A stretch of DNA of 64,000 nt. Origin: Mobula hypostoma (lineage: Eukaryota). The stretch is taken from positions 255,504,001-255,568,000 of the forward strand of contig NC_086097.1 in NCBI RefSeq assembly GCF_963921235.1, given 5' to 3'. Under the pieces are notes generated by a model. It did not search any database. It worked only from the letters and a program-made list of their open reading frames with translations, and had not been told where the DNA came from. A program made the position numbers and the translations under genes. Below, in pieces: positions 25,383 through 38,988 of this stretch (positions are counted from its first letter, which is position 1; every line of letters begins with the position of its first letter).

Positions 25383-27190
25383 AGAAACATAGAAAACCTA
25401 CTGCACAATACAGGCCCTTTGGCCCACAAAGCTGAGCCGAACATGAAATTATATAGGGTTACCCATAGCCCTCTTTTTCTGAACTCCATGCCCTTGTCCA
25501 GGAGTCTCTTAAAAGACCCGATCGAATCCACCTCCACCACCGTTGCAGGCACCCATTCCAGGCACTCACCACTCACTGCATAAAAAGTTACCCCTGACAT
25601 CTCCTCTGTACCTACTTCCAGGCACCTTAAAACTATTCCCTCTCGTGTTAGCCATTTCAGCCCTGGGAAAAAGACTCTTGATTATCCACACAATCAATGC
25701 CTCTCACCATCTTATACACCTTGAACAGGTCACTTCTCATCCTCTGTCGCTCCAAGGAAAAAAGGCCGAATTCACTCAACCTATTCTCATAAGACATGCT
25801 CCCCAATCCAGGCAACATCCTTTAAGTCTCCTCTGCACCCTTTCTATTGTTTCCACAACCTTCCTGTAGTGAGGCGACCAGAACTGAGCACAGTACTCCA
25901 ACTGGGGTCTGACCAGGGTCCTATATAGAACCATAGAACCGTAGAAACTACAGCACAGAAACAGGCCTTTCGGCCCTTCTTTGCTGTGCCGAACCATTTT
26001 CTGCCTAGTCCCACTGACCTGCACACGGACCATATCACTCCATACACCTCCCATCCATGTATCTGTCCAATTTATTCTTAAATGCTAAAAAAGAACCCGC
26101 ATTTACCACCTCGTCTGGCAGCTCATTCCATATTCCCACCACTCTCTGTGTGAAGAAGCCCCTGTTCCCTTTAAACTTTCCCCCCTCACCCTTAACCCAT
26201 GTCCTCTGGTTTTTTTCTCCCCTTGCCTCCGTGGAAAAAGCCTGCTTGCATTCACTCTATCTATACCCATCATAATTTTATATACCTCTATCAAATCTCC
26301 CCTCATTCTTCTACGCTCCAGGGAATAAAGTCCTAACCTATTCAACCTTTCTCTGTAACTGAGTTTCTCAAGTCCTGGCAACATCCTTGTAAACCTTCTC
26401 TGCACTCTTTCAACCTTATTTATATCCTTCCTGTAAGTTGGTGACCAAAACTGAACACAATACTCCAGATTCGGCCTCACCAATGCCTTATTACCTCTGC
26501 AACATTACCTCTCAGCTCTTAAAGTCAATCCCACGATTGATAAAGGCCAATGCACCATATGCTTTCTTAACCACAGAGTCAACCTGTGTAGCAACTTTGA
26601 GTGTCCTAAGGACACGGACCCCAAGATCCCTCTGATCCTCCACACTGACACGGGTCTTACCATTAATACTATATTCTGCTATGATATTTGACCTACTAAA
26701 ATGAACCACCTCACACTTATCTGGGTTGAACTCCATCTGCCTCTTCTCAGTCCAGTTTTGCATCCTACCAATGTCCCGCTGTACCCTCTGACAGCCCTCC
26801 ACACTATCCCCAACACACCCAACCTTTGAGTCAAATTTACTAACCCATCCCTCCACTTCCTCATCCAGGTCACTTATAAAAATCACGTAGAGTAGGGGTC
26901 CCAGAACAGATCATGAAGCACACCATTGGTCACCGACCTCCATGCAGAATATGACCCGTCTACAACCACTCTTTGCCTTCTGTGGGCAAGCCAGTTCTGG
27001 ATCCACAAACCAATGTCCCCTTGGATCCCATGCCTCCTTACTCAATAAGCCTTGCATGGGGTACCTTATCAAATGCCTTGCTGAAATCCATATATACTAC
27101 ATCCACTGTTCTATCTGCAATGTTTTTAGTCACATCCTCAAAAAAATTCAATCAGGCTCATAAAGCACAACCTGCCTTTGACGAAGCCAT
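25383..27190 (-). mobile_element. CR1 3' half with a second CR1 3' end nested at ~25929-26496
   Basis: Two (CATAGAAA/C) tails; RPQLEYCAQFWSP and RPNLEYCVQFWSP; host resumes CTGCAACATTACC. Confidence 0.85.
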
Positions 27191-29394
27191 GCTGTGTGTG
27201 CGCCTTCAGGATTCTGTACCTCCTACCCGATGGTTACAACGAGAAAAGGGCATGTCCTGGGTGCTGGAGGTCTTTAATAATCGTCACTGCCTTTCTGAGA
27301 CACTGCTCCCTGAAGATGTCCAGAGTATTTTGTAGGCTAGTATCCAAGATGGAGCTGACTAGATTTACAACCCTCTGCAGCTTCTTTCAGTCCTTTGCAG
27401 TAGCCCCCCTATACTAGACAGTGATGCAGCCTGTCAGAATGCTCTCCAAGGTACAACTATAGAAGTTTTTGAGTTTATTTGTTGACATGCCAAATCTCTT
27501 CAAACTCCTAATGAAGTATAGCTGCTGTCTTGCCTTCTTTATAACTACATCAATATGTTGGGGCCAGGTTAGATCCTCAGAGATCTTGACACCCAGAAAC
27601 TTGAAACTGCTCACTCTCTCCACTTCTGATCCCTCTATGAGGATTGGTATTTGTTCCTTCGTCTTACCCTTCCTGAAGACAACAATCAGCTCTTTCGTCT
27701 TACTGATATTCAGTGCCAGGTTGTTGCTGTGGCACCACTTCATTGGTTGGCCTATCTCACTCCTGCACTCCTTCTCATCCCCACCTGAGATTCTATCAAC
27801 AATGGTTGTACTGTCAGCAAATTTATAGATGGTATTTAAGTTGTGCCACAGTCATGTATATATAGAGAGTAGAGCAGTGGGCTAAGCACACACCCTTGAA
27901 GTGCGCCAGTATTGACTGTCAGCGAAGAGGAGATGTTATCACCAATCCGCACAGATTGTGGTCTTCCAGTTAGGAAGTCAAGGATCCAATTGCAAAGGTA
28001 GGTACAGAGGCCCAGGTCTATAATTTCCAAGAAAGGAAATTATAGACCAGTTAGTCTGACCTCAGTGTTTGAGAAGATGTTAGAGTTAATTGTTAAGGAT
28101 GAGGTGATGGAGTACTTGGTTACACAGGACAGATAGTACAAAGTCAGCACGGTTTCCTTCAGTGAAAATCCTGCCTGAAGAACTTGCTGGAATTCTTTGA
28201 GGAGATTACAAGTAGGATAGATAAAGGGGATGCAGTAGATGTTGTACATTTGGACTTTCAGGCCTTTGACAAGGTGCCACGAATGAGGCTGCTTACCAAG
28301 AGCCCATGGTATTACAGAAAAGTTACTAACATGATTATAGCATTGGCTGATTGGTAGGAGGCAACGAGTGGGAATAAAAGAATCCTTTTCTGGTTGGTTG
28401 CCAGTGACTAGTGGTGTTCTGCAGGGGCGGGTATTGGGACCACTTTTTATGCTGTGTATAAATGATTTAGATGATGGAATAGATGGCTTTGTTGCCAAGT
28501 TTGCAGATGATACAAAGATTGGTGGAAGGGCAGGTAGTGTTGAGGAAACAGGTAGGACGCAGGAGGACTTAGACAGATTAGGAGAATAGGCAAAAAAGTG
28601 GCAAATGAAATACTATGTTGGAAACTGCATGGTGATGTACTTCGGTAGTAGAAATAATTGTGCAAACTATTTTCTAAACTGGGAGAAAATTCAGGAATCT
28701 GAGATGCAGAAGGACTTGAGGGTCCTTGCAGGTTGAGTCAGTAGTGAGAAAGGTAAATGCCATGTTAGCATTCATTTCTAGAGGTCTTGAATACAAGAGC
28801 AGGATATAATGCTGTGGCTTTTTATGGCACTGGTGAGGCCTCACCTTGATTACAGTGAACAGTTTTGGGCCCTCATCTTAGAAAAGATGTGCTGGCATTG
28901 GAGAGGGTCCAGAGGAGATTCACAAGGATGATTCCAGGAATGAAAGGGTTATCATACAAGGAACGTTTGATCACTCTGGGTCTATTCTCGCTGGAATACA
29001 GAAGGATGAAGGGGGGATCTCATTGAAAGGCCTAGACAGAGTAGATGTGGAAAGGATGTTTCCCATGGTGGGAGAGTCACGGACAAGAGGGCACAGCCTC
29101 AGGATAGAGGGGCCCTCTTTCAAACTGAGGATGCAGAGAAATTTCTTTAACCAAAGGGTGGTGAATTACTGGAATTTGTTGCCACAAGCAGCTGTGGAGG
29201 CCAAGTCTTTGGGTACATTTAAGACAGAGATTGATAGGTTCTTGATTGCACATGACATCAAAGATTATGGGGAGAAGGCCAGGTACTGGGGTTGAGGAGG
29301 AGATAGAGAAAAAGGGTCAGCCATGATTGAATGGTGGAGCAGACTCGATGGGCCAGATGGCCTAATTCTGTTCCTGTATCTTATGGTCTTATGA

Positions 29395-32060
29395 CCAGTG
29401 CCTTATAAAGCCTCAGCATTACATCCTTAAGGGAAAATCTTGCCTGATGAACCTGTTGGAATTCTTTGAGGAGATTACATGTAGGATAGATAAAAGGGAT
29501 GCAGTCCTAGATTTCCACATAATTCCAACAGATTTGTCCGGCAAATTTTTCTCATTGGGAAACCATGCTGACTTTGTCTTATTTTCTTCTTCTTAAAAAC
29601 ATTGAAGTAGTATGTTTTAACAATGAAGTTTTAGTCAAAATCACCTTCTACAGGAGATCTCTGGATGAATTCCGTCTCACCTCTGTTCTGAATGGACACT
29701 GCTCTATTCTGAGGATGTGCACTCTGGTTCTAGACTATAGGAAATATCCTCTCCCCATCCACTATCTAGGCCTTTCCATATTCACAAACAAGAGAAGATC
29801 TTCAGATTTGTTGCTTTCCACATTCAATAGGTTTCAATGAGATTCCCCCACCACTCATTCTTCTAAATTCCAGAGAGTACAGGCCCAGGGCCATGAAATG
29901 CTTCTCATATATTAACCCTTTCATCCCCAGAATCATTCTCGTGAACCTGCTCTGGAACCTCTCCAATGCCAACACATCTTTTCTTAGATAAGGGGCCCAA
30001 AACTGCTCACAATACTCCAAGTGCTAACCATTCTATTTACCAAGGGACATCTCCATAATCCTGACTGCAATTTACATATCACCAGCTGCCAACTATAGTC
30101 ATGCTGATTCTATCCACATCTTTCCTGTCATACCATGGGCTCTTATTTTGCAAAGGAGTCTCATGTGCTGCACCTTGTAAAGCCCTTCAGAAAATCCAAG
30201 TAAATAACATACACTGACTGCCTGTTATTTTCTCAAAGAATTCCAACAGATTTGTCAAGCAAGCTTTCCCCCAAGGAAACCATGTTGACTTTGGCCTACT
30301 TTATCATGTAGCTCTAAGTACCCCTAAACCTCCTCCTTAATAATGGAGTCCAACATTTCCCAACCACTAAAGTCAGGCTAACTGGCCTATAATTTCCTTT
30401 CTTCTGCCTTCATAAGATAGACCATAACATGTAGGAGCAGAATTAAGCCTTTTGGTTCCACACGTCTGCTCCACCTTCCCTTCTTGAAGAGTGGAGTGAC
30501 ATTTGCAACTTTCCAGTCCTCCTGAAACATTCTAGAATCTAGTAATTACTAATGCCTCCACAATCTATTCAGCAACCTCTTTCAGAACCGTGGGGTGTAG
30601 TCTATCTGGTCCAGGCAACTTATTTACCTTTGGATCTTTCAGCTTCCCAACCACTTTCTCCTTAGTAATAGCAACTACACTCACTTCTGCCACCAGCAAA
30701 CTCAAATTTTTGGCATATAGCTAATGTTTCAGTTTAAGATGGCGCTGGAGAAGCACAGGAACAACTTGCCAGCAACTTTATTACGCACACTTTCTCGAAC
30801 ACGACCAATGCAATCGACAACCTGCAACTTATCTTTTAATTTGAGCTTTTGAACACAATGTACAAGCCGGTATTTTTACAGTGTGAACTGAAGTCTTGAA
30901 GGTGCAGTACGGTTGCAATGTGGCATGTACAAGCCCAACTGAAGCAGCAGACACTGGGCTCAAGAGCAGGGCAGCAGCCAATGTCTGGCTGTTGGAGCAA
31001 ATTCGAAGCAGAAGAACGGATGGAGTGGGGCTCATGCCTGACAGTGAGGAACAAGCCTATGTTTGATTGATTGAGCACCAGGACAAATTGGAAAGGTCAG
31101 GTGTGAGCTGAATCGAGGCAGCGGATTCCGGGCCTGAGAGTGTATCAAAGCAGCATGGCCCAGATCCGAGAGCGAAGAACGACACTGCTTGGATGATTTA
31201 AGCTCTGAGCCAAACTGCAGGGTGCAGGGTGTAGGGTGTAGGGTGCAGGGGCCAGAGGCAAGGGATGGGCTGGTGTTCAGCTCTCTGCTGGTGAGGTTTA
31301 CTCGTCTCTGCGCTGAACTGAGGCTGTGGCTGTGGCCTGGAACTACAAGACCATTAGACACAAGAGCAGAATTAGACCAATTGGTCCAGCAAGTCTGCTC
31401 TGCAAATCAATCATGGCTGATCCTTCTTTTCCCCCTCCTCAGCCCCAATCCCCAGCCTTCTCCCTGTAACCTTTGATGTTGTACCCAATCAAGAACCAAA
31501 TATACTCTGCCTTAAATACATCCAACAACCTGGCCTCCACAGTTGTCTGTGGTAATAAATTCCACAAATTCTCCACCCTCTGGCCAAAGATATTTCTCCA
31601 CATCTGTTTTGAATAGACATCGCTCTATCCTAAGGCTGTGCCCTCCTATCTTAAGACTCCCCTCCATGGGAAACATCTTTTCCACATCTACTCTGTCTAG
31701 GCCTTTCAACAGTTGAAAAGTTTCAATAAGACCCCCTCCTCATCCTTCTAAATCCCAGGCTGAAATAACTAGCACAAGGGGGAATAGTTTTAAGGTGCTT
31801 GGAAATAGGTATTGAAGGGATGTCAGGGTTAAGTTTTTCCCACACAGAGCGTGGTGGGTATGTGAAATGCAATGCAGGTGGCAGTGATGGAAGTGGATAC
31901 AATTGGGTTGTTTAACAGCCTCTTAGATAGGTATATGGAGCTCAGAAAAATAGAGGGCTATGTGCTAGGAAAACTCTAGGCAGTCTTTAAATGTAGGTTA
32001 CATGATTGTCAAATGTAGGTTACAAGGGTCTGTAATGTGCTGTAGATTTCTATGTTCTAT
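29395..32060. mobile_element. Patchwork of CR1 fragments, mostly minus strand, with a plus-strand 3' end at ~31756-32060
   Basis: EYCEQFWAPYLRKD and GLDRVDVEKMFP motifs; CR1 tails. Confidence 0.65.
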
Positions 32061-32262
32061 GTGCTGACTAAATCCCATTTCTCATAACCACTTATATTAT
32101 TGCTTTTTGTGGAATCATACTTTATGTTTAGTGGCTACTATTCTTGCCCATTTTACATGAAAAGTACCCATATTATATTAACTTCCTTGACCTGCAGATG
32201 ATTTGCTATTTTAATTCATCTGAGTTATCAATCACTCAAATACCCACTAAATGGGCAGTTAC

Positions 32263-32429
32263 CTTTGCCTTAGTGGCAGCTGAGGCCAGAGCAGCTGCGG
32301 CAGCTGTGACAATGTTTCCTTCGCCAATGTGATGCTCTAGCTTCTTCTTCCCAACATCCATTTCTTTATCTTTGCCACTAACATCGATATTCTCCTTGTT
32401 TTCTTCTTTATCTTTCTCTTCAGATGGAG
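32263..32429 (-). CDS. SMARCC1: SMARCC1 exon, 167 nt, phase 1/0
   Basis: CTTGTCAG|CTCCATCT...GCAAAG|GTAACT; ends ...GKKKLEHHIGEGNIVTAAAAALASAATKAK. Confidence 0.93.
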
Positions 32430-33802
32430 CTGACAAGCCAAAAGACCAGAGGAGAAAATTTTAAAAAAGTCCCTGAATAATTGATTTTGGCTTATGGTAT
32501 ACATTTCTGATTAGCTCTCAAAAATTCTAGTGAAGAAATCCTACATTTAACTTCTGAAGTTTATTTTTAAAAATATGTTTGACAAATTGAATTGAAGTTT
32601 TGACAGTTTCTCATACAAGCACACTCAATACAAAGGTTATTAGGCACAGAGTGCAGATGGCAAGTACTGACACTTATTCACTATGTGTCAAAAATAATTT
32701 CCAATTCAGACTAACGTGTTTGATTATTCTTCACCCAGTAACCTTTCTCACTTGGAGAATGACTAGCACAGACATATTGCAAAAACTAACAGTGGTCTCA
32801 CTTTCTACTTATTTTAGTTTAATAAAAAAATCCTGTCATCTCAGGAAGAAAGAGATTAGCTTTATTTATCATCCAAACATAGTGAAATGAGTTGTTTGTG
32901 TCAATGACCAAGACCATCTGAGATGTGCTGGAGGCAGCCTGAAAGTATTGCCATGCTTCTGATGCCAGCGAAGCATGCCAACAACTTACTGACCCGGACC
33001 CTAATGTCTTTGGAATGTGGCAAACAGCACAGTAGAAAACTTAAACATATCAAGAGCATGCTAGTGCTCACGTCAAAAAGCAATTTCCAACATGCAAATA
33101 GGATGCCGGTCTCCACCAATCCACATTGGCATTCATTCTCAATTTTTAAAAGATAATTATTCATTCAGGAGATGGAGGCTGCACAGACTGAGCTAGTATT
33201 TAATTGCATACCTCTAATTGGGTGGCAAGTTATGTTTATGAACTTCTGTAGTGAGATGAATATTTATAATGCTGTTAGAGAGCGTGAAGCAGGATTCAAA
33301 AGAATGTCTATACATTTCTAAGTCAAGGTGCAGTGGGTTTGCAGGATGGAGGGGTTCCAGTTCTTTCACTGCTTGTCCTTCTAGCTAGCAGAGATTGCCA
33401 GACTGGAAAATGCTGCTTGAAGAGTCTTAGCGAGATGCTGCTGTACAAGCTGCTACTACTGCGTTGATGGAGTGAGTGAACAGTTGTGGATACGCTGCCT
33501 ATTAAGCATTCTGCAACGTCCTCTATGGTGTGGAACCTGCACTCATCCAGGCAAGTAGAAAGTAGTTCCTCACACTCCTGATTAATTGCCCAGTTTCTTA
33601 AATGTTAAGTATACCTTATATAATTGACTTTTCTTCAATAATTTTTTCTGTACATCTTTATTCATTCATGTAGTTTATCTATTGTTTTTAATGTTACTCC
33701 CAAACTTAGGTATGGACATTCCCTGCACTGTGTGTATTACCTCTAAAATCAACCCAATTGTTCCTCAACCAACTCAACATCAAGCAGTTCCTTTCAGATT
33801 AC

Positions 33803-33842
33803 CTTCTGAAGTCTTTGCACCATCTGCACAAACTTTGCCTTC
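33803..33842 (-). CDS. SMARCC1: Candidate additional or alternative SMARCC1 exon (40 nt, or 21 nt from the internal CAG)
   Basis: AATTTCAG|GAAGGC...TCAGAAG|GTAATC; open in the gene's frame (EGKVCADGAKTSE); lies in non-repeat sequence. Confidence 0.4.
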
Positions 33843-34230
33843 CTGAAATTCAAATTAATAGCTTTGGTTTTTACTGATATGTTTTCCCCAAAACAAAACT
33901 TGAGATCAATTGTTCCTAAAGGCTGGACAACATCCAACTCAAAACTGTATCCAGGTTGTTACAGGATATGAAATCTAGGACAGGCCTCCCTCTTGTTGGC
34001 GCAGTAACATACTGGGTCACAAAACAATCATTCAATAACTCATGCACTTATTCCTTTGTGTAGAGATGCTTTAGGCTGCTCTTTCACCTGGAATCCAGTA
34101 AAAACTTTCATTACAAAGCCACCTTTTTCAGTTTCAACAAAATAGTTGTATCTTATACATGACTTGAAATATTTAATCTGGCGTACAGTTCACTGCTCAT
34201 TTAAAAAAATATTTTCTACTGTAACAGTAC

Positions 34231-34357
34231 CTGGTTTAATGTCGGTGCTTGCCATTTCCCCTTCTATGGGTTTATCTAATGCCAACTCTTTAGGAGATGG
34301 AATTTCAATCTTCTCTGTACTCTCTGAAACTGGTTCAGTCTCCTCTTTACTTTCCAC
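34231..34357 (-). CDS. SMARCC1: SMARCC1 exon in the acidic low-complexity linker, 127 nt, phase 0/1
   Basis: CTTTTACCAG|GTGGAA...CCAG|GTACTG; VESKEETEPVSESTEK...DIKP; phases fit neighbours; donor position is less certain. Confidence 0.75.
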
Positions 34358-34883
34358 CTGGTAAAAGACAAGTGTGTCTGTTGAACATTTTCTTTTCTGC
34401 ACAACAGAATTGTGATATCATTCAAGAACATGAAAAACAAGGACAAGATGCACACAGGATAAAGTCACAAGTTTAGGAAAGGGAATAGGGAGACACAGCT
34501 TTTGCACAGATAGCACAGAGATTGTGAAATACATAAAATTAGTGACAAAGAACTAAAAACAAAAAAAGTGGAAGGTAGGGAGTTGGGAATACAAACTTGA
34601 TGCAGGGTAACATCCATTGCATGGGTGCTACAATTAGTCCGGCTCCTGTGAAATTCCGTTTAGATGCTCAAAAATCAGATGTTATTGCTCAGTCTAACAT
34701 CTGCATGTGATCTCATTCATGAAGACAGCAACGTTTGTGATTTGTCACAAAAGAACTTCGACTGGAAATGTTAAGTCTGCTTTTCATTCCAATACTCCCT
34801 GACATGTTCATTTCCAGCATAGTTTGTTTTTATCTTGCAAGTGAAAAAAATCCTCACCCAAATCCATCCTGGTATATTTTTAC

Positions 34884-35072
34884 GCAAACAACAGGAATTC
34901 TGCAGATGCTGGAAATTCAAGCAACACACATCAAAGTTGCTGGTGAACGCAGCAGGCCAAGCAGCATCGAAGGGTCCTGACGAAGGGTCTCGGCCTGAAA
35001 CGTCGACTGCGCCTCTTCCTATAGATGCTGCTTGGCCTGCTGCGTTCACCAGCAACTTTGATGTGTGTTGCT
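34884..35072. mobile_element. Penelope-derived hairpin mini-element
   Basis: Perfect 49-bp inverted repeat (34920-34968 and 35024-35072); CTGGTATATTTTTAC duplicated at 34869-34883 and 35071-35085. Confidence 0.88.
34974..35007 (+). ncRNA. Minimal hammerhead ribozyme in the loop of the mini-element
   Basis: GUC-CUGACGA-AGG(GUCUCGG)CCU-GAAA-C-GUC^GAC; core intact. Confidence 0.75.
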
Positions 35073-35588
35073 GGTATATTTTTACATCCTTCATATAGTT
35101 GTGACAAATTGGTTATCATACTCCAATTGTGTTTCAGCAATGGATGCTAGAAATTTGGCATAATTGCCAGCTATACACATTTCCTAATGACAAAGAGTCA
35201 CCATTTGGCTCAAGTTTATGCGTCCTGACACAGCTCAAGTATCTGTCCATTCCCCAGTTTAGACTTAGTGAACAGTAGGGCTTTAATGTCTGCAGTAGAA
35301 TAGGGACCTGGGAATTCAGATTCATTATTCCACAAAAGTGGCATTAGAGGCAGATAGAGTCATAAAGAACAATTTTGGCACAATAGCCTTAGTAAATCAG
35401 AGTATAGAGTACGGAGTTGGGATGTTATGTTGAAGTTGTACGAAGTGTTGGTAAGGCTGAATTTGGAATATGCGTACAGCTCTGGTCACTTACCCACAGG
35501 AAAGATAACAATATGATTGAAAGAGAGCAGAGAAAATTTACAAAATTGTTGCCAGGGCTTGAGGACTTGAGATACAAGTTATAACTCT

Positions 35589-36365
35589 ATTCATAGAACA
35601 GTACAGCACAGTACAGGCCCTTCGGCCCACATTGTTGTGCCGACCCTCAAACCCTGCCTCCCATATAACCACCCCCCCCACCTTCAATTCCTCCATATAC
35701 CTGTCTAGTAGTCTCTTAAATTTCACTAGTGCATCTGCCTCCACCGACTCAGGCAGTGTATTCCACGCACCAACCACTCTAAGTAAAAAACCTTCCCCTA
35801 ATATCCGCCTTGAACTTCCCACCCCTTACCTCAAAGCCATGTCCCCTTGTATTGAGCAGTGGTGCCCTGGGGAAGAGGCGCTGGCTATCCACTCTATCTA
35901 TTCCTCTTAATACCTTGTATACCTCTATCATGTCTCCTCTCATCCTCTTTCTCTCCAAAGAGTAAAGCCCTAGCTCCCTTAATCTCTGATCATAATCCAT
36001 ACTCTCTAAACCAGGCAGCATCCTGGTAAATCTCCTCTGTACCCTTTCCAATGCTTCCACATCCTTCCTATAGTGAGGTGACCAGAACTGGCCACAGTAC
36101 TCCAAGTGTGGCCTAACCAGAGTTTTATAGAGCTGCATCATTACATCGCGACTCTTAAACTCTATCCCTCAACTTATGAAAGCTAACACCCCATAAGCTT
36201 TCTTAACTACCCTATCTACCTGTGAGGCAACTTTCAGGGATCTGTGGACATGTACCCCCAGATCCCTCTGCTCCTCCAAACTACCAAGTATCCTGCCATT
36301 TACTTTGTACTCTGCCTTGGAGTTTGCCTTCCAAAGTGTACCAGCTCACACTTCTCCAGGTTGTA
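35589..36365 (-). mobile_element. Young CR1 3' end inserted in an older plus-strand CR1 (~35290-36530)
   Basis: 120-aa ORF LYKTLVRPHLEYCGQFWSPHY...; tail at the left end. Confidence 0.85.
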
Positions 36366-37773
36366 CTCCACTGGAGCACAGGAAAATGAGGGTAAAACTT
36401 ATAGCTTTTAAATTTAAATTATGAGCGGTACAGACAGGAAGAATGCGTGCATTTTCCTTCAGCTTGGTGCAAGTAAAACTAGAGGCTAAACTCACCCTAA
36501 ACTAATTTTAGGGTAAAAGGTTAAATATTTAATGATTTTTGGATCATTGGGCTCTCTTCCAGGGACACTGGGGCCTGTACAAAAGGGAAGTTATCACCTG
36601 AACTGGAGGGGGACTAATATCCTCGTGGGAAGGTATGATAATGCATCATAGTGGGTTTAAAACTAGAGTTGCAGGGGGATGGGAACCAGACTGCCAGAAC
36701 AGTTAGTGGAGAGATTGTAGAGACATATGGTTAAGACCTCAGACAAAGTTAGGAATCAAAAGGTTAAGCTGCATATATTTCAATGCCAAGAAATGTCATA
36801 GGAAAGGTTGATGAGCATAGAATATGATCAACACCTGGAATTATGTTGTAGCCATTATTGAGACTTGGTTGCAGGAGGGCCAGGATTGGCAGCTCAATAT
36901 TCTGGGGTTCCATTGTTTTAGACATGACAGAGCAGGAGGAAGTACAGGAGGAGAGGTGGCACTACTGGTCAGGGAAAATGTCATAGCAGTGCTCCACCAG
37001 GATAGACCGAAGAACTCGACTAGGGAGGCTTTATGGGTGGAACTGAGAAATAACAAAAGGTATGAGTACGTTAATGGGGCTATATTACAGACCACCCAAT
37101 GTTCCTAAAGATATTGAGTGAACTTGTAAAGAGATTGCAGAGTGTTGCAAGAAACAAGGTTGTTATCATAGCTGATTTTAATTTTCCATATTTTGACTGG
37201 GAATGCAACATTGTAAAAGAACTGGATGGGATAGAGTTTGTCAAATGTGTTCAGGAAAGTTTCCTTCATCAGCACATAGAAGTCTCAATGATAGAGCATA
37301 TGATACTGGATCTGTTATTAGGAAATGAGACAGGACTAGTGACAGAAGTTTGTGTAGGGGAACACTTTGCATCCAGTGACCACAATGCCATTGGTTTCAA
37401 AGTAAATATGCAAAAAGATAGGTCTGGTCCGAAAGTTGAGATCTGAATTGGAGATGATATCAGAAATTATCTGGCAAGTGTGGATTTGGGCAGGCTGTTT
37501 TCTGGCAAAGGTGTACTTGGGAAGTGGAAGGACTTCAAAAACTGAAATTTTGAGAATACGAAGATCGTTTGTGCCTGTCAGAATAAAAGGTAAAGATAAA
37601 AAATGTAGGGAACCTTGGTTTTCAAGAGATTTTGAGGCCCTGTTTAAGAGAAAAAAGGAGATACAGAGCAGATATAGGCAAGCAGGAACAAATGAGGTGC
37701 TTATGGAATATCAGAAAGGCTAAAAGGTGGTATGAAGTTATTCTAGCAGACAAAGTGAAGGAGAATCCTAAGG

Positions 37774-38988
37774 CAGGGGTCCCCAACCTTTTTTGCACTG
37801 CGGACCGGTTTCATATTGCAAACTGGCCAACTGGGGGGGGGGGGGGGGAGGGAGAAGGGTAGGGTTGCCAACGGACAAGAGTAGCAGTCAAATACATTGG
37901 GTTTACCCAGAGAAAGACTACAATAACCATGAAGCCTTGCGCGGGCACAAGTGCGCATGCATGACTTGCACATTCGTGTACGTGCCAATTTTTTTTTCTA
38001 CAAATCGCTTTTACCGATTCTGTTCGGGGGCGGGCGGTGTTAATCACAGCTGGAATATAGGTGATAAATGGCTAATACACTCAATTTCATTTCTAAAAGG
38101 GTTTATCTAACGAATTTAATATTAAACACACAGTGCATATTTTCCTCGCATGAATATAGCGATAAGTCAATTATCGGGGAGCTTGAAGTAAGTGTTGAAA
38201 GAACTTCCAGTAGAAGTTGTAGAGGCAGGTTCATTATTATTACTTAAAGAAAAATTGGACAGGTATATGGACAGGAAAGGAATAGAGGGTGATGGGCTGA
38301 GTGCAGATCGGTGGGACTAGGTGAGAGTAGCGTTCGGCACGGACTAGAAGGGCAGAAATCGCCTGTTTTCGTGCTGTAATTGTTATATGGTGATATGGTT
38401 ATATAAGTCAATAGCATCATAACATTTTAAGTAACATTTGGATATTAAACACACAGCATGTATTTTCCCCATATGAACATATAAAATCATTGCAACACAC
38501 CAGTATCGCTGAATCAGTAGGAGCCCTGGGCTTGTTTCTCTGCAACAAGACGGTGCCATCGAGGGGTGATGGGAGACAACGATACTCGAAGGGGGTTCCT
38601 TATGTCCAGTCTATTCCGCAATTTAGTTTTCGTTGCATTCATTGCAGAGATATGTTGGAAATGGAAGCAACATTTTTAGTGCTTTCGTGGCTATCTCAGG
38701 ATATTTAGCCTTGACTTTGATCCAGAATGCGGGCAGAGATGTTATGTCAAACACACTTTTCAGCCCGTCGTCATTTGCAAGCTCGAGGAGTTGATCTCCT
38801 TCCCGCGCTGAAGAGGATGATGCGCGGGTAATGACCTCGCGTGCATTCAAACTCAACAGCGGGCGTGACAGGGAATGAGGAAGGGTGCAGCTGACTCATA
38901 TCGCCAAATCATATCGTTTCCTCGCGGCCCGGTAGCGCATGCTTTGCGGCCCGGCACCAGTCCGCGGCCCGGTGGTTGGGGACCGCAG
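37774..38988 (-). mobile_element. hAT (Charlie-like) non-autonomous element with transposase C-terminal remnant and an internal CR1 3' fragment (~38200-38405)
   Basis: CAGGGGTCCCCAACC ... GGTTGGGGACCGCAG; 8-bp TCCTAAGG duplication; SLPAFWIKVKAKYPEIATKALKMLLPFPTYLC. Confidence 0.92.

Larger units (their letters stand above)
19348..28017 (-). mobile_element. Rex1/Babar-like LINE 3' half (19348-19600 and ~27192-28017), interrupted
   Basis: (AGAATC)n tail; [29 protein letters not shown] and LESILTGCITV motifs. Confidence 0.8.
18625..29393 (+). mobile_element. CR1 ORF2 (18625-19347 and 28028-29393) split by a nested TE stack
   Basis: ...AAGAAAGGAGGGAGGCAGC continues as AAGAAAGGAAATTATAGACCAG (KKGGRQ|KKGNYRP); tail TCTTATGGTCTTATG. 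Confidence 0.8.
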
